Source of the DNA: Chloropicon primus
Taxonomy: Eukaryota
NCBI GenBank assembly: GCA_023205875.1
Contig: CP060755.1
Location: forward strand, 248,001-312,000
Length of the DNA: 64,000 bases
Reading direction: 5' to 3'
Positions 57,394 to 64,000 of this stretch are shown here, piece by piece (position 1 is the first letter of the stretch; every line of letters starts with the position of its first letter). A model generated the notes under the pieces. That model searched no databases. It was given only the letters and a program-made list of their open reading frames with translations, and was not told where the DNA came from. The position numbers were made by a program, and so were the translations under genes.

Positions 57394-58979
57394 TCACGTG
57401 TTCATGGTCTGCTCGAGGTTCTGGTGCATTCTCCTCACGCGCGGCAGTCGAGCCAGCAAGATGCTCCCGCCCCCCAGCACGGCGAGGCCGCTCATGTAGA
57501 AGCTTGGGGCCACGATGTTGCTGCTGTGGATGACGATCGCCGTGGCGATGTACGGGATGGTGCCCCCGAAAAGGGCCTGGGCGATGTTGTAGGACAGCGC
57601 AATGCTCGTGTACTGAAGCTGCGTGGGGATCTCCGACACGAGGTACAGAGAAAGGGAAGCGATGGTCGGCGTGAAGCAAAGCATTCCCGCGAGCTGCCCC
57701 CCGGCGACGCAGAGCAAGCAGTCCCGCCCGAAACTCATGAGCCACAGGAAGAGCGGCGAGAAAATGGCGAGCAAAAAGGCGGAGCCCAGTATGTGGTAGT
57801 GCAGCGGAACCTTCGGCCCCCTGTCGATGAAGGCGGCGTACCCCATGGAGCCACCAGCGAGGCCCGCGAATATAAGCAGAGTGTTCAGGATTCTGCCCTG
57901 AAGCTCCGAGAGCCCCCGGCGCACCAGCTCGGTGTAGAACATCTCGAGCCAGGCCTCGTTGTACCACACGGTGGAGGAGTAGAAGCCGCAGAGGACGGCC
58001 AGGAGGGCCGACAGCACGAACAGGGCGGCCGGCTCGTTCTTCATGGCGTAGAAGAAAGGGTGCTGGTTCTGGTGCCTCGCCCCAAATTTCTTGATGGCGC
58101 TGGAGAACGTGTGAGACTCGTGCAGGCACGACCTGAACATGAACCCCACCAAGCCCGCGGGCACGCCCAGGCCGAAAGCCAGGCGCCAGCCCCACAGGAC
58201 TCTGGCCTCCTCGGACAGCAAGGCCGTGATGATCGTGGACACGAGGTACCCCATGCCCGTCCCCGAGATCGCCGATGCCATCGGGACGCAACTCACCACT
58301 GCCTTCCACCTCTCGGGCACATTCTCCACCATGTAGAGCATGCTTCCCACCATCTCCCCCCCAACCGACAGGCCCTGGATGCTCCGCACCACCACCAGCA
58401 GTATCGTGGCGGCCGGTCCGATCGAGTAGGGCCCCACGTCATTCGTGGGAAGCAGGCTAATGATGAGGGCGCTCAGCCCCATCGCCACCACGGAGATCTG
58501 CAGGCTCAGGGTCCGGCCGTACTTGTCCCCCACGATTCCCAGGACGAACCCGCCCAGGGGCCTGACGAAGAAGGCCACGGCGAAGACCCCGTACACCTCC
58601 AAAATCTCCTCGAGCCTCCCCCCGGTGAAGAAGGCCTTGCTGATCTCCGTGCTGAACGAGGCGAAGACCCCAAAGTCGTACCTGGGGTGGGGCGGTTGGG
58701 GAGAGAAGCCAAAGAAGCGAGAGCTCGGTCAGGACTCTCGTCTGTCCGGGCCAGAAAACCGCTCGGAATAACCAACCAGCCCCACACTTACCACTCGAGG
58801 ACGTTCCCGAACACCGAGGATATGATGAGGGCCCTGAAGGAGGACCTCGGCCGGGTCTCGTCGTCCCCGATCTCTATCTCGAGGGCAGCCGACTTCTTGT
58901 CCCCCTCCGGCATGAGCTCCTCGTGCTCGTGCTCCCCCTGCTCCAGCTTCTCCCCTGCCATCTCGTCCGCCTCGCACAT
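57394..58979 (-). CDS. MFS metabolite:H+ symporter (MHS, ProP-like); exons 58979-58792 and 58681-57394
   Basis: Spliced GNVLEW|YDFGVF, VFAVAFFVRPLGG...G..GDKYGR, R.IQGLSVGGE..G....VE, WGWRLAF, E.P.......I.LSYN....LFGG..P. Confidence 0.88.
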
Positions 58980-59446
58980 CCGCCCGCGCGTCAAATTCCT
59001 CCAGCAAAGTCTCGATCGAAAGCCCTTGCTACGCTTCTCCCGCCCAGCACCCTTTCCCCCTCACCCCCTCGCCTCACTTGTCGTCAAAGTCCTCGCCAAC
59101 CAGGCCGTCCCCTGCCATCGCCCGCCCGCCGCTTGGTCGAAGGCACACCCCTGGAGACGCACGTGATCCCATGGAAAGGAGCCAAAGAGGGGAAAGGGAC
59201 GATGGAGGAGCCATATGGGACAGCAAGGGCCTCACTCCTCCTCGTCGTCAAGGGATAGATTACGATGACGCGTTTCCTTATACAAAGGAAGGGGAAGAAT
59301 TGATCTGTGGTCTGTGGAGAGCTTGTGGAGAGCTTGAAAAGAAAAATGCCCAGCGGGAGCGAACGAAATACCGTTTTTTCCCTTTCGAGCAAGAATAATT
59401 GATAATTGATAGGATAGGATATCTTAACGGTACAACACCAATTCAA

Positions 59447-60535
59447 TTACGACGACGACGACGACGTTGTCGTCGTTGCCGCTCGCCAAGGCAAGCTGCC
59501 GCCGTACAAGTCCTTGCCGTTGTGCCTCATCAGGCCCTGCATCTCGGGGCACGAGTTCGTGTACCTCGCCCCTTGCACGAAGGGGTCCCTGGCGTACAGC
59601 TTCTCCTTGAGCTCCCCGTGGACACCGTATGGGTCTAACTTGAACTTTTCGAACACCTTCCTCTCCCCCTCGGACGCTCTCTCCAGGAAGGCCTCCGGGT
59701 ACTGGCTTCCAAGGAACGCGAACTTGCCCCGCGGGAAACGGAGGGCGTCCCTGTGCACCTCCGCGAACCTCCGCCTCTTGAACTCGTAGGAGATGACCGT
59801 CACCCGGTCCGGATAGTCGCTCGTCAGCTCGTTGAACCTGCACAGGCTGAAGAGCAAGTTCTCGAAGCTGTCCCTCGCGAAGTTCTCCGTGAACGCCCGG
59901 TGCCTCACGTCCTGGTGCCCGAACCAGTCCAGGGTCTCGGCCACCGTCCAGTACGACTGGGCCTCGGTCATGGGGCCCGCCTTCACCTTGGTGGTCCCAC
60001 CGGAGAACAGCAGAATTGACAAGGGGTCCTTCGCCGCGGCTTCCACCCCCATCCTGATGTGATCCACGAAGGTCTTGGCCTGACCGGGAATCTCCATGTA
60101 GGGCTCCAGGTACCACGACTCGTTCTCCTCGACCTTGGAGGCGTCCTTGTACCTTAGCACGCTGTGGCCCGCGACCACGATGACGCGGGTGAGGCCCTTG
60201 AGGGGCGAGTGGGCGCGGTCGAACCGAGTCCCCCCCCGGGCGTCGTCGCTCTCGTTCCTGAAGATTCCCAGAGTCTCCTGAATCTTGCTGTGCGCGCTCT
60301 TCACGCCCCCCCCGGAGAGGAAGGAGAAGGAAAAGATCAGCAAGCAGACCAGAACGCTCCCAAGGATTGCGACAGTCTTGAGCTGCTGCGTGATCCTGTG
60401 GTGCCTCATCCTGTCCTTCCTCCTGTGCGAGGTGGGGTGGTACGCGAACTTGTTGTTCCTCTGTCTCAGCGCACCGGTGGAGAGGCTATCGCTCCAGGAC
60501 AAGTTCCTCTTCAAGATATCGTCGCTGATGTCCAT
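59447..60535 (-). CDS. Uncharacterised DUF218-like type II membrane protein
   Basis: N-terminal TM; VVAGHSV, W.LE.Y...PGQA.TF..HI, LLFSGG.T...AGP.TEAQSY, TE.FARDSFENLLFS.CRF, YEFK..RF...H..AL, DPYG. Confidence 0.8.
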   Translation of the reverse strand: MDISDDILKRNLSWSDSLSTGALRQRNNKFAYHPTSHRRKDRMRHHRITQQLKTVAILGSVLVCLLIFSFSFLSGGGVKSAHSKIQETLGIFRNESDDARGGTRFDRAHSPLKGLTRVIVVAGHSVLRYKDASKVEENESWYLEPYMEIPGQAKTFVDHIRMGVEAAAKDPLSILLFSGGTTKVKAGPMTEAQSYWTVAETLDWFGHQDVRHRAFTENFARDSFENLLFSLCRFNELTSDYPDRVTVISYEFKRRRFAEVHRDALRFPRGKFAFLGSQYPEAFLERASEGERKVFEKFKLDPYGVHGELKEKLYARDPFVQGARYTNSCPEMQGLMRHNGKDLYGGSLPWRAATTTTSSSSS

Positions 60536-60934
60536 TATCCAGATAATCAGAGTGCGAGAAGGAGTAAGCACCGCGAACCCTTCAACCAGACCAAAGGTCG
60601 CGCGTGGCAGAGTCGCAAGCCAGACCACCTCCCCCGTCGCTGGACCATCTCATCTCCTCCCTGCCCTTGGCCCCGACAGGGACAACTCCAAGCTCAACCC
60701 AATACCTCCACGTCGAGGTGGAAGCCAGGATTGGCAGTCCAAAAGGCGTCCACCGAACCCCCTCCTGAGCTCTTGTTTCGGTCCCACCCTACTTCCGGAC
60801 CCCCTCCAATGTCAGGTCAGGTCGTCATGTCAGGGTCAGGATGAAGGGCCCAAGGTCCGCCGATCTTGGCCTTGGCCTTCTCCTGGAGGGACGAGGGCCA
60901 CAGAAATTGGAATGGAGCCAAGGCGGAGGCCAGG

Positions 60935-63046
60935 ATGGCGGAGGAGACGACGAGGTGCTTTCGGGGGTGCTGCGCGAGCAGGAGCGTGCGGCTCGATGTG
61001 GGGATGGCGGAAATCACGGGATGCTCGGAGGTGATCGCCAAAGGTGCGGCGTCGAAGGTGAAGAGAGGGTTGTATCGTGACGTGGAAGTCGCTGTGAAGT
61101 TCCCCTCTCTGCCGACCACGGACGACCTGAACAGGTTCCACAAGGAGCTTGGGATCCACCTCGAGTTCACGGGGCGCGGCCGGGGGTGCAGGCACATCGT
61201 TCCGCTCGTCGGCGCGAGGGCCCACCCGCCGCACTACGTGACGCTCACGCCTCTGGCGAGGTGCAACCTGGCGCAGCTCGTCCACGAGGCGCCCGGGGGC
61301 GGGAGGGAGGGGGCCGGCGCTCTCGGGCTCCTTGGCCTCGGGCTCCAAATCGCGAGGGGGGTGGAGAGCCTGCACGGCAGGGGGTACGTTCACAGGGATC
61401 TCAAGCCCGCCAACGTCCTCATCACGGCGGACGGAGAGGCCCAGCTGACGGACTTTCAGCTGACGGAGAAGGAGTCCGAGCTCGTTGACCTGTTCTCGAG
61501 CTCGGAGGCCAGGCTGAGCAACTCGGGGAAGAAGCCGAGCGGGGGCTTCCACAAGAAGCTTCTGGTGGGCACGCTGGAGTACATGGCGCCGGAGATCCTC
61601 ACCAAGACGTCCCACACGAGGAAGTCTGACGTGTACTCCCTCGGGATCCTCCTCAACGAGCTGTTCACCGGGGTCTTCCCGTTCAGCGACTGCAGCAAGG
61701 AGAGGCCCGGCTGCCACACCGTCCTGGAGCTCGGGTACGGCCACCAGGAGCTCAAGGCGGCGGTCGTTTCGGAGGGCCTGAGGCCGACGATGCTGGAAGC
61801 GAAAAAGGGAAGCGAGGAGGGGGACGAGGAGGAGGCCCAGCTCGTCTCGAGGTTGAACGGGCTTCTCGCGGCGTGCTGGAGTCTCAATGCCCAGGAAAGG
61901 CCCGCAATCGGCGAGGTCTGCGCGACCCTGGAGTCGATTCTGTTCGACTACTCTGGAACGGCCTCGGGGGCCGGCTCGGTGGAGGGGAGTGGCTCCGAGG
62001 CCACCGCCGTCCTGATGGACTTGGACGTGGAGCAGGAGGGCGTGGTGGACGGGAGGCCTCTGGGCGGCACCGCGATCGACGAGGATCTCGTTTTGGGCTC
62101 CCGGGGCGAGGAGGATTCGAGGATCGCGGAGAGCTTGTGCTTCTCCGGGGGCGCCCTGAAGCTGAACGCCGGCTCGTTCCAGACCATCGGGGGAAGGGAC
62201 TCGCAGGAGGACAGGATCGTTCAGAGCAGCCCGTCCCCCTACTTTGAGGGCCTTGGGGTCCACCTGCTCGCCGTCTTCGACGGCCACAGGGGCAGCGAGG
62301 CGTCCGAGTACTGCGCGAGGCACGTGGAAAAGGTTTTGACGCGGTGTCTGAGGGAGGCGGCGCTGGGCAAGTCAGGGGACTCGCTGGACTCGAAGAAGGG
62401 CCTGCCGAGGCAGGCGCTGGAGAGGGCGTTCCAGGTGCTGGACGAGTCCTTCTTCGAGGCCCACGAGGGCTGCAATGCGGGGGCGACCTCTTTGGTCTGC
62501 CTCGTCTGCGAATCCAAGGTCTTTGTCGCGAACTGCGGGGACTGCAGGTGCATCGTGGGCGGGCCAGCCGGCGTCAGGGAGCTCAGCCGGGACCACACCA
62601 CGGCGAGCGAGGGGGAGAGGGAGAGGGTCATGGCATCCAAGGGGGGGGCGCTGAGGTTCCAAGTGGACGCCTGGCGGATCGGATCTTGCGGCCTGCAAGT
62701 GACCCGGTCCATCGGCGACGCGGACGTCAAGCCTTTGGGGGTGATCAGCGTTCCCGAAGTCGTGGAGCACGACCTGCGAGAGGGGGACGACTTCATTTGC
62801 CTAGCGAGCGACGGCCTGTGGGACGTGGTCTCGAGCGAGGAAGTTGCGGGCATGGTTCGGGACACCGTGAAGAACCCCTCGATGGTGGCCCAGAGGTTGG
62901 GGCTCGAGGCGTGCTCGAGGGGGTCCAGAGACAACATCAGCGTCCTCGTGGCGTTCACGAAGCAGGGTCTCGGCTCCCACGAGAAGATCTTCGAAGGGGG
63001 GCGCGAGAAGCACGGGTTCACCCAGACGTTCTACGGGTCGAGGTGA
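60935..63046 (+). CDS. Protein kinase + PP2C phosphatase fusion protein (family conserved in green plants)
   Basis: C.RGCC N-terminus, VAVK, HRDLKPAN, SGKKPSGGFHKK..VGTL.YMAPE; PP2C motifs R.SQED, FDGH.G, ANCGDCR, L.VTRSIGD, ASDGLWDV, GS.DNI. Confidence 0.93.
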   Translation: MAEETTRCFRGCCASRSVRLDVGMAEITGCSEVIAKGAASKVKRGLYRDVEVAVKFPSLPTTDDLNRFHKELGIHLEFTGRGRGCRHIVPLVGARAHPPHYVTLTPLARCNLAQLVHEAPGGGREGAGALGLLGLGLQIARGVESLHGRGYVHRDLKPANVLITADGEAQLTDFQLTEKESELVDLFSSSEARLSNSGKKPSGGFHKKLLVGTLEYMAPEILTKTSHTRKSDVYSLGILLNELFTGVFPFSDCSKERPGCHTVLELGYGHQELKAAVVSEGLRPTMLEAKKGSEEGDEEEAQLVSRLNGLLAACWSLNAQERPAIGEVCATLESILFDYSGTASGAGSVEGSGSEATAVLMDLDVEQEGVVDGRPLGGTAIDEDLVLGSRGEEDSRIAESLCFSGGALKLNAGSFQTIGGRDSQEDRIVQSSPSPYFEGLGVHLLAVFDGHRGSEASEYCARHVEKVLTRCLREAALGKSGDSLDSKKGLPRQALERAFQVLDESFFEAHEGCNAGATSLVCLVCESKVFVANCGDCRCIVGGPAGVRELSRDHTTASEGERERVMASKGGALRFQVDAWRIGSCGLQVTRSIGDADVKPLGVISVPEVVEHDLREGDDFICLASDGLWDVVSSEEVAGMVRDTVKNPSMVAQRLGLEACSRGSRDNISVLVAFTKQGLGSHEKIFEGGREKHGFTQTFYGSR

Positions 63047-63138
63047 TATGAGCAAAAAAGAAGAGCAGATGACAGATGACGCGTCAAAGAATCCTGGGGG
63101 GTGGTGGTCTTTCTTCGTTTACCCTTAATTTTATTCCA

Positions 63139-64000
63139 TCACCCACTGTTCTTCAGCACAACGAACTTCTTCGTCCCCTCGTTCTCGAGCTTCGCGACCT
63201 TCTTCACCCTCTTCAGGAACGCGGAGCGCTCCTCCTTGGTCTTGAGCCTCTTCTTGAAGTGGGTGATCAGCTCCGTGCTGAGCATCTTCCCCCTCGTCTG
63301 GAGGTACATCTCGATTTCAGCCTCGGTCGGCACGCCCGTCGCGCCAGCTCCGGCAGCAGTCTTCTTCTTCTTCGTCGCCGTCGTCGTCGCCCTCGGGGCC
63401 TCCACCTTGACCTTCTTGGCCGCGGCTGGCTGCGACCCGCCGGGCGAGGCGCCGTTGCCCTTCTCCGGGGAGATCGGCCTCTTCTTCTTATTCCTCTGGG
63501 CCTGCGCGGGGTCCACGACGTTGGGCATGTCCTCGGACTCGTCGCTCGCGGGTTTGTCGGGGGCCTTCCCCCCCAGGTGGGACAGGTCGATGCCCTCGAG
63601 CTCCTCCTCGGCCAGCTCGTCGTAGTCCAGCCCCTCCTCCTCCTCCCCGCCGCTCTCCAGGCCCTCCGCGTCGTCGTGGAGCCCGATCTTGCTCAGGGCC
63701 TTCTGCATCTCCCTCTTCTTCTTCGCGATCTCCTCGATTTTGCTGTTGCCGCGCTCCCCCCGCGTCTCCAGGTCCATCTCCAGGTCCCCCAAGTCCCCCC
63801 TCCTCGAGTCGTCCAGGCCCTTCTCCTGCATCTCCTTGGCCTTGATCTCCTCCTCCACCTCGCTCTTCTTCTCCACCGGGTCGTCCCCCTGCGTCTCCAG
63901 GTCGGCGTTGTCCACCTCCACCCTCTCGTCGTCGTCGTCGTAAGCGTGCTCGTGCTCCCAGTCCTCCCCGATGGCGGGCTCGTCCTCCTCGTCCCCCTCG
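63139..64000 (-). CDS. RAP74: Transcription initiation factor IIF alpha subunit (RAP74), C-terminal part; 5' end lies beyond the window
   Basis: GEDWEHEHAYDDDD acidic motif near the window end. C-terminal winged helix TE.EI..YL.......ELI..FK.RLKTKEE..AF...VKKV.KL resembles plant TFIIF-alpha. Confidence 0.72.
   Translation of the reverse strand, partial: EGDEEDEPAIGEDWEHEHAYDDDDERVEVDNADLETQGDDPVEKKSEVEEEIKAKEMQEKGLDDSRRGDLGDLEMDLETRGERGNSKIEEIAKKKREMQKALSKIGLHDDAEGLESGGEEEEGLDYDELAEEELEGIDLSHLGGKAPDKPASDESEDMPNVVDPAQAQRNKKKRPISPEKGNGASPGGSQPAAAKKVKVEAPRATTTATKKKKTAAGAGATGVPTEAEIEMYLQTRGKMLSTELITHFKKRLKTKEERSAFLKRVKKVAKLENEGTKKFVVLKNSG

Noticed and set aside
1..64000. tRNA, rRNA, snRNA genes, transposons and Moco-biosynthesis or molybdate-transport genes near the nitrate cluster
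   Set aside because: None recognised by eye; a covariance-model scan would be needed to exclude small RNAs

Overview
Eukaryotic, very gene-dense nuclear DNA of high GC content. It has short GT-AG introns with a CTGAC branch point, TGTAA-type poly(A) signals and many microsatellites, which points to a compact-genome green alga (a Chloropicon-like picoplankter is my inference, not a demonstration). About 35 protein-coding genes can be supported. The centrepiece is a 15-kb, apparently intron-free nitrate-assimilation cluster at 18.2-33.1 kb, built as four head-to-head pairs: NAR2/NRT2, a second NAR2/NRT2, nitrate reductase/NLP transcription factor, and NAR1/nitrite reductase. The cluster carries its own full-length GAF + RWP-RK + PB1 regulator and has NRE-like motifs in the shared promoters. 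Just upstream is a spliced 58-aa CDC26 ORF, missed by the ORF track, sitting 107 nt before TTM3; this matches the known plant bicistronic CDC26-TTM3 arrangement. Other genes: DCC1, a membrane-anchored subtilase with Ig-like repeats, syntaxin, CCDC77, DDX41, ODR4, a TPR protein, an ankyrin kinase, SAMHD1, NAA40, PIEZO, HPAT, guanylate kinase, a nucleotide-sugar transporter, RIB43A, TAF12, a PX protein, SLP phosphatase, an MHS transporter, a DUF218-like protein, a kinase-PP2C fusion and TFIIF-alpha. No rRNA, tRNA, CRISPR array or transposon was recognised. All assignments come from motif recognition by eye; no database searches were run.
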